From Toensbergia leucococca (taxonomy: Eukaryota): 64,000 nt of DNA. Both the position numbers and the translations under genes were made by a program. The DNA is taken from positions 1-64,000 of the forward strand of contig JALDZS010000101.1 in NCBI GenBank assembly GCA_022813965.1. Reading direction: 5' to 3'. Of this stretch, positions 39,201 through 56,771 are shown piece after piece. How positions within the stretch are numbered: position 1 is the first letter of the stretch; every line of letters starts with the position of its first letter. The notes beneath the pieces are model-generated. The model saw nothing but the letters and a program-made list of their open reading frames with translations, searched no databases and was not told the origin of the DNA.

Positions 39201-42200
39201 TTTGACTTGACGTCAGACACACTTTGATGAGAGCTCGCTCCTTTGTCATTGTTTTTAACGTGACTCGCTTTGCTTTGCCTTGAGACGGGTCTTGGAAAGA
39301 ATGAGCTTTTTCTGCTAACAGTTGCCATTGAATTTGAGGACCTAGTACTATGTGAAGTCGACGTGGCATCTTGATCGGCGTCCAGATGTTGGACTTGTAG
39401 AAGAGGCTCAGGCATTGAAGGAAAGGGCATTGCCGGAGGTTTGAACCTGGTCCTGCGATCAGACGGTCCTCTTACAGCCAAGTCTTTCTCTTTAAGAAGC
39501 CACGTAGCTCGATGCGTTCTTGCGTCGTGGATGTTGATGTGGTTTTGCTGCATGTAGCGATTCTTTTGAGCATCATGCTTGCGTTGAATCATCCTAATTT
39601 CAATTGTGGTGCCAACATAGGCATAAGTGGTAGCAGAGGATTCAGTCTTGCTTGGGTTCAGCAATCCTCTACGACTATCAACAATAGCGAGAGATAAGTC
39701 TGGTACGTGAATGAATAAGCGCTCGGAGAATAAAGGCCCAGCCCAATCATTGTAATCAAGTTTTACTTCGTTGGTGCTCAATCGAAAGGCCGCTTGCTCG
39801 ACACGTAGCCAGATGACGATTGGTTGGATCCTCACTCGAAGGAACGTGACATCGTGAAGTATTTGCGGATGCAGGGGAGGCAAAATATTCTCGGCGTCTT
39901 CAAAAGAGAAAGGAAAACACCGCATAGTCGCGATGAGACCGTGTAAGAATTCAATCGAGGATTCTCCAGTAATAGAACCGACATTGAAATCCCAATTACA
40001 AACATAAGTCGGCTCTGTAGGGGGAAGTCCAAACAATCGATGGCCGAAGACTTTCAATCCATCAACGAATAATTGTGTAGTCGAATCTACCTTGGATGGC
40101 AAGCTTTGATTCTTGTTGGACGCTGCACGAGATATTGCCATTGGGCTGAAACAGACAGCAAGATCCATGTAGTAATTGGTGAAACGAAGATCTGCGCAGA
40201 GTGATGAGACGTCAAACTTGATGTGCTCAGCGGCAGAGTAGAGATTGATCGGCATCAGGGCACATGCGTTTTCGGTGGTGATACTGAGGATTACGTCTAG
40301 ATCATTGCTGAGCTTACTGTGCTGGGTATGGTCTATAGCATCAGCATCGCCTGCTCCAATTTTGGAAATTTGGTCCTGATACTCTTCTAAAGTACGAAAG
40401 TGGAGGTCATCGCCAAAGTAGTTGTCTTTGATTCGCATAAAATATCGAATCAGGAATCCGTGTTCGTTGAATTGGAGGGAATCTCCATGAATATTCAAAA
40501 GTGCCGTGTCAGTCAAATCAGAAGAGGTCGCAGAATGATAAGCGTAAGATCCATCTACTTTGAGATCTTTCAGCGAGACCACATTGGAGGTACTAAGGAA
40601 CGTATGTTGAGTATTCCACAGCGGCGTACGAAGTTCGAAACTACCATCTCGTGCTTCCGCATCAAATGTTATTATATTCTCTATTGGGCGAAATTTTTTC
40701 ATTGGAATGTCGAGGTCAGCCACCAACTCCTCCCCCTTTATGATGACAAAAGTATTGTCCTCAACATCGGAAGGATTATTGATAATATTCGAATCATTGG
40801 CATTCAAATAAAGTCGAAAGTTGATGAATTGGATATTGATAGCATAATCGAAAGGAACGAAAGTGTAAAAGTCTGCAGGAGGCCCAGAAGCCCAATCGTT
40901 GATGAGGTCTGTCAACAGAAATATATGGTCTCGAATAAGAAAGAGCTCTAACCCATTATCACGGATATCGAATCGCCACTGGCGCAAAGCATTCCAGCTA
41001 AGAGGATAAGACAGGTCACAAGATACAACTTGAGATTTCGATTTCCAAAGGAGGCCGTGATTGACGCTTGATGACATTTCTGGACTAAGAAGATCAAGAT
41101 CCAATTGGCTTCTGTACCCAGAGTTCCTTGCAACCAAATCCATGGAAAAGCTGACGGTTGAATCAGGAAAGAATTTGAGATCCAGCCATCCATAGGGACG
41201 GATATTGACATTTGGAGTAGCATTCTTCCCCTTCTTCCTTTTCCCATATTCTTTCTTGGACCTTAGCTTCGCGTCTAATGCGCTCCCAGCGTTTGCCTGA
41301 CCTTTCCATCTCCAATCTTTTGAACCTTCTCGGGTAGGAATTACAAGCGTGGTCAACTCTTCGATCTCAATGACAAGCTTAAACACCGTGCTGACTCTAG
41401 ACTGTCCAGGAAGTAGCATGGGCGCTGGGACTGCATCTCTGTATGGATTAGGGAAGAAAACGCCTTGTAAGTCCGTGCGCTGCCTGTCTGCCCAAGGTCC
41501 ATACCAAACAGTACCTCCACGAATCTGAACGTCTATACGCCAATCTGGTGGATCCTCACCATTGATATCATCTTCAACATCAGGGGTGGATCTGTGGCGT
41601 ATCTCTATTGGCTCGGGAACAAGGCCAGGCACATCCCAGTAGATGTTCATAGAAATGCTTGGAGAATCGACTATAGTAGGAAACTGTCCATATTCGACTG
41701 CTCTCCAACGTTCTTGTTCAATAAGGTCATCTTCGTCATCAAGATATCGACTTAATCCAAGCCATCTATTCTGCCCTTGAATTCCCGAGTAGGAATTAGG
41801 ATCTTCACACGACCTACCGCCCTTTGAGCCTTCTTGTGTGAAAGATTGTACTGATCTCTGGAAATAGGGAATGAGATTGCGAATCGAGTGCCATGCATTA
41901 TGCAGATGTCGTTGATAAGGAATGCCTAAATGCATAGGCTTTCTGATCCTTTTATCGTCTCCGTCAGTCGATCTCGTACCTGCTGCTGCATCTAACTGAC
42001 TCTCTCGGAATTCTTCGTTGTGCCTGAATCGGATGACAGGATGAACGAAATCAATACCAATAGACGGCTTATAGCTATCCAGAGGCCGTGAATTACGAGC
42101 ATCAATGTGCCCTACAGCACTATCGAATTTAGCAACAAGTACAGACCTCGTATTTTCATTTCCCATGATAATCGCGCCTCTGGTGCAATCCGCTTTGATC

Positions 42201-43092
42201 GGTAGAACATTGAGTATGTTTGGAAGATACTTGGCTTGATTGTTTTGTAGGTAGCTTGATGGATCTTCAGTGGAGATCGAACCCGTCTCTTTAGAGTCTG
42301 TGACATCATCTGCTTTCTCATTGAGCTCGTCTTCGCTGCGGGATGTTGGAGGCGATGTTTCTCCTTTAGAAAATTCGAAATCTTGCTGTTTTTTGAAGGA
42401 TTTTGGATTTCTTAGCCTAGCCGATTGATCATAGCCTCTGTCTTGTGTAGTTGTAGCAGAAACCTCGTCCCTTGACATGCTTTTCAGGATTTCATCATAA
42501 GCTGGACTACGGTTGTAAATGAACCATTCCAGACCTCGAGCCTTGATTGTGATTCGACACGGTAAATCGCTGGGGACCTTCTTTCCGCCTGCCTCACCCT
42601 CAGTGCCTCTTCTCTTCCCGTTTCCAGACGTTTCGTGCCCAGATCCAAGTTCATTTGCAGTCTGGGCAGATTGAAAGCATTCCACCTTTCTAACTCGCCT
42701 CAGCCAATATCTCCAGGTAATGTAACCATCATGAACCAAAATAGTCTCATTGTGGCCATGATAGCGCAAGCCCTTGAAAAAGATCCGTCCGCCAAGAAGT
42801 GAAAATTGGAGGGCTTGAGCGTCGAGATAAATACGGTATCTGTGCCAGGTATACGCTCGTATTGCGGAAGAAAAGAGAAAAGCGAATAAGCGATTGAAGT
42901 AGAACAGAAATATAAGACTCCTGCAAAGAGATTTAGCTATACCACGAGTAGTTGGCTTTTTGAACTTACAGGATACTGCAACCCACAAGCCAGACCAAAA
43001 AGGCCCTGCATACATTGTAAGTCAGAATCGAACATGGATCATGAGTGCTGCGAGTATTACCAGTGAAATTCACCGCCTGGTGGTAATGCCAT
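33233..43092 (-). CDS. CSF1: Csf1 (BLTP1-type bridge-like lipid transfer protein)
   Basis: 3260-codon exon with FLFYFNRLF, SLLGGRIFFKG, YGPWADRQR, FGLPPTEPTYVCNWDF and PQLRDMGEATPPLEWIGL. Two short 5' exons give MALPPGGEFHWAFLVWLVGCSIL. Confidence 0.95.
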
Positions 43093-43517
43093 GCGGGCTG
43101 GAGCTTTCAAGGAGTATTTGTAGCCTCATTATTGCTATCGTATACTCGCTCTAGTTCCAAGTCACCCACCATTCATTTCCGAGTTTAAACAAGATTGAAG
43201 GCGGCAGTGGCAGAATCGGAGAATCATATGGAGTACTCCGTAGTGAAGATTAATGTGGAGTTTCAGGGTCTCGGAGAGATTGAGGCTCTGCGGAAAATGT
43301 TTAGGTTTCAGCCGGAGCAGGCAAGCTTCCCACTTTCTGCCTGTACACTTGATCAGGACTACTAATCACGTACTACTGCAAATTACGGAGTACCTGGTAG
43401 CGACTACAGCCGTCTCAAGGCTCCTGAAATAATTAAGAAGACTTCATGTCCACAGGGCGGCTGGCATAAAATTTCACCTTCTACTATCCTCTCGAAGACC
43501 CCCTTCAGGTCATCGAT

Positions 43518-45824
43518 ATGCTAGATGTAGCATCCAATGGTGGTACTGGTTCTAAACTTACGAGAGCGACTGTCATCGTTTGTGGAGTCGCTGCGTTGAT
43601 TGCCTCTGTGATATCATTTGTGTATGTCGAGCGTTGTCTTCCTAAATTCCGAATATCTTCTTTCCCCTCACTGCTATCTTGATCACTTGATACTGACAGT
43701 TGTGGATCAAGATCGATATGGCTACAGACGTAAGACTCCCGCCGAGCCACTTCAGGGTTGATAAATGTTGATAAGGAACACAGGAAAAACTATCGGAAAC
43801 CACTTTTGCAGAGATACGTCATTCGGATTCTACTCATGTAGGCCTTTATTTGGTATGCCTACGAAAGGGGGACACACTCATAGTCAAACAGGGTTCCTGT
43901 ATACGCTGCATCTTCGTGGGCGAGCATCATGTCGTTGAGTGCAGCCTTTTACCTCGACCCTGTGCGAGATATTTATGAGGTATGCAGAATTACTCCTTAC
44001 TTTGGGATTACAGGGATATCAACTTATAAATGTGTAGGCTTTCACAATATATACATTTCTCCAGCTGCTCATCAATTTCCTTGGTGGGGAACGTTCGCTC
44101 ATCATCATGATGCACGGTCGACAACCTGTCAGCCACCCCTGGCCGCTCAGCCATTGTCTTGCGAAAGTGGATATATCTGATCCTCATACGTTTCTTAGCA
44201 TCAAGCGTGGTATCCTACAATACGCTTGGTTGAAGCCAATACTAAGTGTTGCCACGATTGCAATGAAGCTTACAAATACGTATCAAGAAGGTTACTTGGG
44301 ACTGACATCTGGATACCTCTGGAGTGGCATTCTCTATAATGTCAGCGTCTCTCTAAGCCTCTATTCTCTTGCCATGTTTTGGGTATGCATGTCACAAGAC
44401 TTGAAACCATTCAGACCAGTGCCAAAGTTTCTCTGCATCAAATTAATCATATTCGCTTCGTATTGGCAAGGGTTTTTTCTGTCGATTTTGCAATTCTTAG
44501 GGGCCATTCCGAATGATGTCGCAGGATACACTGCCGACAACCTCGCGGCTGCTATACAGGATGCATTGATCTGCTGTGAAATGCCTTTGTTTGCAATTGG
44601 CCACTGGTACGCCTTCTCTTGGCATGATTACGCTGATGTTACCATCTCAGCTGCCCGCATGCCTGTGAAGTATGCTGTAAGAGACGCATTTGGGGTGCGA
44701 GATTTGATTGAAGACACCAAGGAGACATTTGGTGGCAAACATTACGAATACAGAGTATTCGATTCGGGAGATAATGTTCTTGCGCATGAAGAATCAGATT
44801 CTCGGGTTGCACGTATGATGGAGGGTATGCGATATGAGAGAGGTGGGAAGGGAAAGTATTGGATACCAAAGCCTGGCGAGGCCAATAGTCGGACTCCTCT
44901 CCTCGGAGGTAATGCAGAGCCAAGTCGAGCCAGAACGGCGTATTCTTCAAATGGAGGAATGCTCGATGATGAGAGGGGATCTAGTGATCTTAATGAGTCG
45001 AACATTGACCCAGAGGATGAAAGGCTGTTTGCAAATGCTAGGGTTTTGGAATTTGGAGATTGGAACGTGAGTTTTTGCCCTTGATGGGTATGCAGCGCTG
45101 ATTATGAAAAAGTATCCGGTCATTACGGCTCACGTCCCATCGGCGGACAGATGGCTTGGGGCAGATCCTGACCTCATCACTACATCGACCAATCGTAATT
45201 TACTACATCCTACCAAACGTAACAAAGAGAGGCGAGAGAGCAACATTCAGAAGGACCTTGACAAAGGGAAGCATCGAACGAGTTCTCGTAGCGGCAAGCC
45301 CTCAAAATCAAGAAATCGAGCTCCTGTACTTGATGGCTTGGTTCGGGAAGGATCCTCGTCGTCGAAATCTGTCTCTGTCAAATCTGGCAGTAGTCAATTG
45401 GTTGACTTGGTAATCGAAGATAAGGAAGCCGAGGAGCTTGAACGTGTACGAGCTAGAAAAGAAGGAGGGGCTGCTTGGAACGAGGATGAGACCAAGCATT
45501 TTGTGTAAGTACCTTATTCGTCCCGGCGTTATAATTGCAAAGCTAAACGTTCATAGGAGAACTTATAGTGATCAGGAACATGGGCAGGTAATCCGCGATG
45601 GCTTTGAGCCACCGAGTAAATTGGCACCATCAGGATCTTCCGAATTTGCGGTAGGCGACGACGAGGACGAAGGTCAGAGTGACAATTCTCAACATGAATC
45701 GGACGAGGATCGGCAATGGAAGCAGGGTGATGCTCACGATGGAACTTCACCGAAAAAAGGCTCAAAATATGACAGCCTGGATGATGGTAACGTATGGAGT
45801 GGACCAGACAGGCATGAAACCTGA
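43518..45824 (+). CDS. TMEM184/OST-alpha family membrane protein (Hfl1-like), multi-exon
   Basis: KNYRKPLLQRYVIRILLM, DPVRDIYEAFTIY, FLSIKRGILQYAWLKP, KFLCIKLIIFASYWQG, LICCEMP. Confidence 0.93.
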
Positions 45825-46287
45825 TACCCATGATATTTTCCAGCGTGGCCTGTTAATTATGTTCGTATATTAGCGACTGACCTGGGCAGGATGTTTGTTT
45901 TCAATCCAGCCAAGTACGTGCTACCGTGGCTTAGTGTCAGAGTGCGCAATACAACAATAACGTTGAAGATTGCAAATTGTGCGCATTAGTGGAAAGTGTA
46001 ATTCCATTGCCAGCCGTGTATCTCAAGTTCTCAACGTCCCGGACACGGCATCCGTACTACTTTGATGACGAAGCGCGCCTGGCGTGTCGGAATAGAGTTG
46101 GCGCTGGCGTTTCCTTCAATCTTCGCCCCGCCCCGCCATCCGCAATTCCTCAGTCACACTCCCCCATCCTCCCTTCACTCGGTGACTCTTGTATGTCTAA
46201 CTATTCGTCTTTCCTCATAGAAACTACATCGCCATCTACTGATACTAACATCATTCCTACTATGTTCCTCGTCGACACGCTCATATA

Positions 46288-46313
46288 GCCACGCTCCACG
46301 CTCCACGCTCCAC
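46288..46313. repeat. Tandem heptamer (CCACGCT) x ~3.7
   Basis: ccacgctccacgctccacgctccacg read directly upstream of the Whi5-like gene. Confidence 0.85.
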
Positions 46314-46429
46314 GTTACATTGCAAACTGGTGGGGTACGCGCACGCGTTGAAGTGATCATCCCCCACAAAGCCTTCAATTGGCTCCGGCCATCTGCATTG
46401 CGTTATCGCCACCCCATCACACGCCTGTC

Positions 46430-48008
46430 ATGTCTCCTTCTGTTATTCACGAAGGTAATCAAATTCTGATTCTTTGTCGTCAATTTAGCGACCAGCTCAC
46501 AATTTGGATTTAGGCCCAGTATCGAATCATACACCTGTCGCAACCTTGCATATATCCTCTTCGGAATCATCCTCGCTCCCAAACTCCCAGACCTCGTCTT
46601 TTGATGAATCTATACCAAGCCAGGTGTCTCTTCCTCGGCCAACATCTACCGACAACTTATATCATTCTCAAGGAGAACATCCTCCCGGCAGAGTAACGCC
46701 TTCGACTTCACTCTCGAACCACTCGAGTCAGGATCGCCAAAGGAGCGATACCGAGAGTAGTCCTTACCTCGCTCCGGCGATCAGTAATGGCTATCTGCAA
46801 TCCAGGGCGAGGCCGCTACCTTTGGACTTGCTTCATACACAGACAGATCTTATGCATACACATACAAATGGACAGAAGCGTACAGCAAATGGAGAAATCA
46901 AGTCCGCTGGATCGAGTCTACCTACAAGCCCTGTGGAAGGAATTAAACGGGGACATTCGAGGCATACAAGTATAAATTCCAAGGGCAGTCAGATTGGTGA
47001 AGTACGTTTCCTGTTGACTAGACTTGAAACCGTGCTAATCAATCTGACCAGCTGTCCAACCAATTGCGCACTCGGCTTTCTTATGCTATGGTAAAAGTAC
47101 AGAACGGTTGGGAGTCTCGAAGTATTGATGAGTTGGAGCACTTGACTTCACAGCAAGCTTCTCCGATATCCGCAGTTTCTACAACACGGCGATCTTATGA
47201 ATCTACGCGATCTAATCCACCCAATCTTCAGCCTGACCGAACCGGATTTGCTCAGTCGTCTGAGAGAACAACGGCTACCCCAGAATACCTACAATCCGCG
47301 CAACATATAAACGGCAATTCAAGACACCAGAATACCTACCTAAAATCTAATGGACCAGTCAGATCCCCCCCTCCAAATCAAGCCGGCCGGACTTATGAGT
47401 CTTTTTGGCTTGAACATTCTGGAAGCGACGCTACAAAGCATATTCCAACGAACGAATTGAACCATCCTCCTTCACTAGCACCAGCAGTTGACATAGTCCC
47501 TCGAAGCCACAGGCGTTCAAATCCGCCACAAATGCCTTCATACCTGCAGACAAATAACGCCTACACCTTCAATGACCAGAGTAGCGCATCCGCAGCCTCG
47601 CCGACATCCACCGTAGTCGCAACCCCTCCACGAAGTATTGCAACAACTGTCAGAACTCCAAGCCAGAAAGCAGCCATGGAAAAAGACGCCGTGGAGACTC
47701 TACTTTTCATGTCCAGTCCCGGAAACTCTAGCTATCATCCTCCATCTCAGTTACCAGGCACTCCACTGCGTAATACCTTTGCAACCCAGAAGCGGGTCGG
47801 CTTCACCAGCGCTGTTGGAGGACTTGACAGTAGTGACGAGGAACACCGATCGACCAAATCATTGGTACAGCAACGGCCAGCGCTCGGGTCGACACGACTC
47901 AAGAATGGTGATGATATTGATAGAATTCTCGATGCCATGCCTGACGACGATAGTAGTAGCGATGACGAGATCTTGACCAGCCGTCAACGCGCGCAACCGT
48001 CCCTTTGA
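46430..48008 (+). CDS. Whi5/Nrm1-family G1/S transcription repressor-like protein
   Basis: Spliced LSNQLRTRLSYAMVKVQNGWESRSIDELE is the Whi5-family motif. Also EKDAVETLLFMSSP and many SP/TP sites. Two introns. Confidence 0.85.
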
Positions 48009-48475
48009 AAGGGACAATTCGCGCAAGTTCGTTTTTCTTGCTTGGTGTTCGATGACTGTTGATGATTTGGCACAATTCTATATTTTTTTGATACCCTATT
48101 GCGTCTGCATTTGCATGAGACGGGAGTTTTTTGTCATCTGCGGGCAAAGGTTTGTAAGTAAATAGGTGTTGTGATGGTCGATGTACAATTGGCTACCTCG
48201 TTCACATTTGCTGCGGTTCATATGGGGGCGTGAAAAAATACGACTTCCCATATGAAAATGCTTCTAGGGCTTCAATTCAATGCGTGCAAACCAGGGTTGA
48301 ACGCAATCACGGATCATATCCTGCCACTGAATATGCTGATAATTACTTACAGCTAAGCTATGTACAGGCGGTAAGCCATGTCACAAAAAGCCACCAAACC
48401 TCTAGTCATGCAGCAGAAAGAAACCACTCTCGTGCCCGTTATCAGCACCGTCCACCTCCAAAACCCCCTGCCCCT

Positions 48476-50247
<1,772 letters not shown>

Positions 50248-50368
50248 CGTGGCTGGTTCGCAACAATGGGACGTTCTCGAGAAGCTAGATTCCTCAGCCC
50301 GAACTAGTGGGGGGAATTTGGTGGTTCTCGCGGAAAGTAATAGAATACAATACAAGTAGGTATTATTC

Positions 50369-50933
50369 AAGGGTATTGCTAATCCTACACCCCCTTTGGC
50401 TACATTTACACACCCCCCCCAAACTAGTGCCCGGGCGCAAAATTGCATAGAGAAACATTGTGTTTTCGCACCACATTTGCCTCAATTCCCTACCACTTCG
50501 CAAGCCAATTATCTGTTCCATTTGCGTGCCATCTAGAAACCAAATTACCTAGAAGAAAACCAATGCTTTTGTACCATATCCTGACTTGATTCCCTCGCCT
50601 CCGGGCGCACGATCACCCCCCGGGCGCAAAAAATCATGATTTCATCTACCTCCTTCCAAAATCATGAAAATCCATGGTGAAATCCATAGTATTGCGGGGT
50701 GAAGAATTAGGTGAAGATGTGATACAATATCAGGATGATTCCTTACTGCAGTGAAGGTGGTAGATGGCACGCGGAATCATGAGGTGTAAGACATGCAAAG
50801 GTGGTAGAGATTCGAGGTAAAATGTGGTGCAGAATGATAAAATTTCCCTCGGTGATTTTGCGCCCGGGCACTAGTTTGGGGGGGGGTGTAGAATAGATGT
50901 AGCCAAAGGGGGTGTAGGATTAGCAATACCCTT
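50369..50933. mobile_element. Non-autonomous foldback element (MITE-like), ~565 bp
   Basis: 50369-50443 (aagggtattgctaatcctacacccc...cccgggcgcaaaat) is the near-perfect reverse complement of 50855-50933. Imperfect inverted symmetry continues inward. No coding capacity and no clean TSD. Confidence 0.88.
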
Positions 50934-51211
50934 ATGAATTTACTGCAATGATCTCGTGTAATAGATTTCCGTACGCATAAGGGCAGGCCGCCTACATTAG
51001 CTCGACATGTCTTGACATACAACTCCTCTAAGACCCAGACTTCAAATTGGAGCCCATCTTTCGACTACCAGTTCTAAAGCCCCTAGAACCTGCTCTGAAG
51101 CTGTGATTGGCTCTCCACCACCTTAATGAACAGCACGGACTCTCCACATCCTCAGCTCCCTGGCAACATTATTTATCAAATCCGCCGCTTATCCCGCTAC
51201 GCCACCTGGGA

Positions 51212-53174
<1,963 letters not shown>

Positions 53175-54558
53175 CGTATGACTGCGAATGATCGTCAATG
53201 ATCAATTGTTCCGGTGGTGATTCTTGGAGGAGAAATACTTATCTACGAGTGCAAGTATTAATACTTTTATCAGGAAAGCAAAACTCAAAGACAAGCCAAA
53301 AGGAACGAATGCGACGCCTTCCAAATCATTCATAGCATTAGTTTGAAAGTTCATGCCCGATGAATCTGTTACTGCTACACAATTGGACAAGAGCGCCACA
53401 GCAAACTGTTCATGGACCAAATCTGTGTGCAATATGCAAACTTGGCATGCAATGAAGAAATGCCATCTATCGTCAAGAGACTGAGAGTGGAGAATGAACG
53501 AAGACAATGACATCTTGAATACCAGATATACCAGGGAGATTATCGCAATGCTCTATCCCCATGTCTACAATGATTCCATCCGGGTTTCGATGCCTTTCGC
53601 AACACATCCTCTCGTCTGTGGTTGTGTGCAGATGATATTTGTTGAGCAAATCTCTGAGTCACACATGCGCGGGGCTCTGCATATCCTTGGATGATTTCTT
53701 TGGCTCTCTTAAATGGCCGTATTACTTGCCATGTCAAATTACAGCTTTTCCATGTTATGAATCAGATGCCTACCTTTTCTAGGCAATATTTCTTGCTGCC
53801 GTGCACGCGAGCCGAATGCCTGAAACGAGCCCAACGTCCAACGCTCCTCCTTTCATTTATATGAGTATTTACTCTACGAGCACTCTAGCATGGTGTAGAC
53901 AGTTAGTTCACCTACTAACTATGGGGCGATGTAGCATGTACGATATACCTGACAAGATCTCCGAATCTCGAACAGTATAATCGCGCCCAAGTATCTACAA
54001 TGACGGGCGTTTTCGGAGAGCTGAATCTTGCCTGGGTTTCCATCGAAAAGGCCATGTATCTCTGGATATACATATCAGAATCCGGATCTAGGCTTTGAGG
54101 ATTAGTCGAATACTGTTACAGCGGTGAAGCTATTCAGTGACTCCACGGGCTGTGCCTTTTGTGCCGTCAATATCCCGACTACTGGTTGTTGCGAGCACTG
54201 CAGAGATACTTCTCGTTGGCCTGTCTCCACGAATGATGCCAGTTGGGGAGCAATCGATATCGTTCTTTCATTCCCAAGACGTCACAAACAAGAAAACGTC
54301 ATGTGTCTCTCAGCATCTAAACGCCTTATTTCAAACTTACTTGCCGCATGAGCCTCCAAACAATAGGAGTCTATCATTCCTTCCAATTATGCTATGTAGT
54401 TACGCACTACTACAGCCTGATACGCCTTGGAAGCAGCCCAAGTTAACGTAGCAAACTCTGCGAGTTATTTAGCTTGCATGACAGCCTCGGCCGTTCATTC
54501 TCGACTTCCCTATATTGCATCGTCCTCAGACTTTGAATTTCAATGTCCATGACACAAA

Positions 54559-55629
54559 ATGCCTGATATCTCTGCGACCCTCTCATTCCTACGAGCCTTG
54601 CCCTTGTACCATCACGAAAAGCCATACAATGTTTTCCTCTCGCCTGAAGATGATGTTCCGCCAGAATCCAACTTGACAAACGTCGAGGATGACCTAAGAG
54701 CAGATGTTGTGCTTCAAGACATTCGAGAGTCTGACCAAGATTTCTCTCTTCAAAAGCATGGTTTCCAAGTACTTTGTCACAAGAGCATGTACTCCGGTCT
54801 CGACGATCCTGCAATTATTGAGGGATATAAGAAGGAGACGGAGGATTTGCTCAAACGGGAGCTTAATGCTGAGCATGTTATATGCTGGGGCTACAAGGTT
54901 AGAAACAGTCGCTATTTCCAATGGCTTTACTAAATAGTCTTCTAGCGTCGCACCAGCGTAAGGCTCGGGATGATCTACGATTACAATGATCTGAGCCACT
55001 GGGAAGCGCTAGCAAAAATGGTTCACTGCGGTGGGTCTCTACCACAGATATTGGTGACTAGACTACCAGTTTGACGAGATCACAGATCATACTTTTGACA
55101 GCGGCCTTGCTATCATCAACAGCAACATGAGTTGCCAAGACCAGTTGAAATATCTAAACGACGATTACGAGATCAGACTGGTCAAGTCCGTGTGTCGGAG
55201 TTCATGTAGTTGTGAAGCTGCTAAAAAGACAACTAGTACCTGGAGGTCTCTCAAAACTGGACCCCAAGACTGTCCATTGACGCTGTGCGATTTCCAGTCC
55301 GTCGGTCCCGAGGATCTAGCATCCTGTGACCGTATTGTTTCCGACAAGGCGGGTGAGATTTATCTGTTCAAACATAACAAAAAGCAACGCTGGTATTGGT
55401 TGGATGGACAAACGCCAGAAGAACCTTTCCTGATTCTCACCTGGAGCTCGGAGTCAGCGAACAGCCAAGCAAGATGTAATTGTGTATCCGAGCATTTTTT
55501 TCGAATGGTAGCTAATAGTCTTGATCAACAGACTGTCCTCATGTTTCTTTTGCCAACGAGCGAGCAGGTCCGGATATACATCCTCGACAGAGTTGCGAGA
55601 CTCGATCAATTGTGATTTCGAGGAAGTAG
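54559..55629 (+). CDS. AsaB/NvfI/CmcJ-like oxidoreductase (putative Fe(II)/2-oxoglutarate oxygenase), 5 exons
   Basis: LYHHEKPY, FSLQKHGFQ, spliced VHCDHT (HxD), NTWRSL...DCPLTLCD, QRWYWLDGQTPEE, YCPHVSF, PRQSCETR. All four introns are GT-AG and in frame. Confidence 0.88.
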
Positions 55630-56447
55630 ATCCTCCACATTACCATGGAACCTGGTTGAATGACTTCAACTCCAATAAGCTATTTGCCTACTGTTAAAGA
55701 ATATGGAAAGCAGTGCATCAACAGTGTTTTCTAGGTTAATTTTCATTTTTCCACCTTTGCACTCCATGACAAGGAAGCTGAATCCTAGACATTAGTCACA
55801 AACTGAAGTATACTAAAAAGTGACATCCCTTTCTGAAGAAGACATGTTTCATTCTAAATAAAACCCGTTTCATTCTCTATGATACGTGCTCTGCTTTAAA
55901 TCATGTTTCTTCAAAACAAAAACATGTTTTCTTGAGCATGAATGATGAACTCATTTCTTTACAATTAAACGTGTTTTCCTCAAATAGGTGTCAATGTATC
56001 AGTAGCCAAAATGAAACCTTGCAATCATTCGAGAGTCTAGCCTATCGGGATTAAAATACTCAAGAAGCCAGTGCAACTCTTCCAAAAAAAATTCTTACAG
56101 CTCATGATATATAGATGATATTCACAGCGCGAGCCCCGAGGTCTGCATGCCTCATGCACGGATATGTCCTCGTACCCAAGATGAGATGGGGCTTGCGACA
56201 CAAGCCATCAAATTGCTTTGAGCAAACATCATAACATCGAGTGCACAACACCCTCAGAGTTTGCTCTCGTAACCTCGACATACGTGGCCAACCATTCTAC
56301 GTTCAGAATAATTCCTGATAATCAAGTGATATTCATACTAATATCTTGAATGTACCTTTCGGAAAAGCAGAATCATCCTCTGACAATCGACAGATTCTAC
56401 TTTCACACACACACACCAAACCCCCAATCCCCGCCAAATCCTCAAAC

Positions 56448-56771
56448 ATGGCCTCCTCAACCCCCAACACCGTCTTCCAAACCTGGTCTAGCCAGGTCGA
56501 CCGTACTAATTACCCAACGAAGACCACAATTCCCTCTAACGGAAAGCCTTCCCTCAAGCAACCGTGGAAAGCATTCTGTGGCGTCTCTGGTAGCAAAGAC
56601 AAGACGCCAGGTGAGGGTAAATTCGTCGCTGTGAGCGGGACCAACTGTCAGTCCCCTGATGGTATCAAGGAGCTTTTGCTATGATAGCTAATTTGGGCTC
56701 AGTTTCAATTTGGCATTTGCCCCCAAGGGACGGGTAGACAGAGAGAGGTCTGGCCGGCCTTCTCGTTTTAA
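56448..56771 (+). CDS. Small hypothetical protein (~80 aa), one intron
   Basis: Good start context caaacATGGCC, donor gtgagc at 56631 (alternative gtgagg at 56611), branch gctaat and acceptor cag at 56702. No family recognised. Confidence 0.45.

Noticed and set aside
33884..42321. Numerous ORFs nested in or antisense to CSF1 (likewise BMS1, NLR, ACH1)
   Set aside because: Shadow frames of long coding exons.
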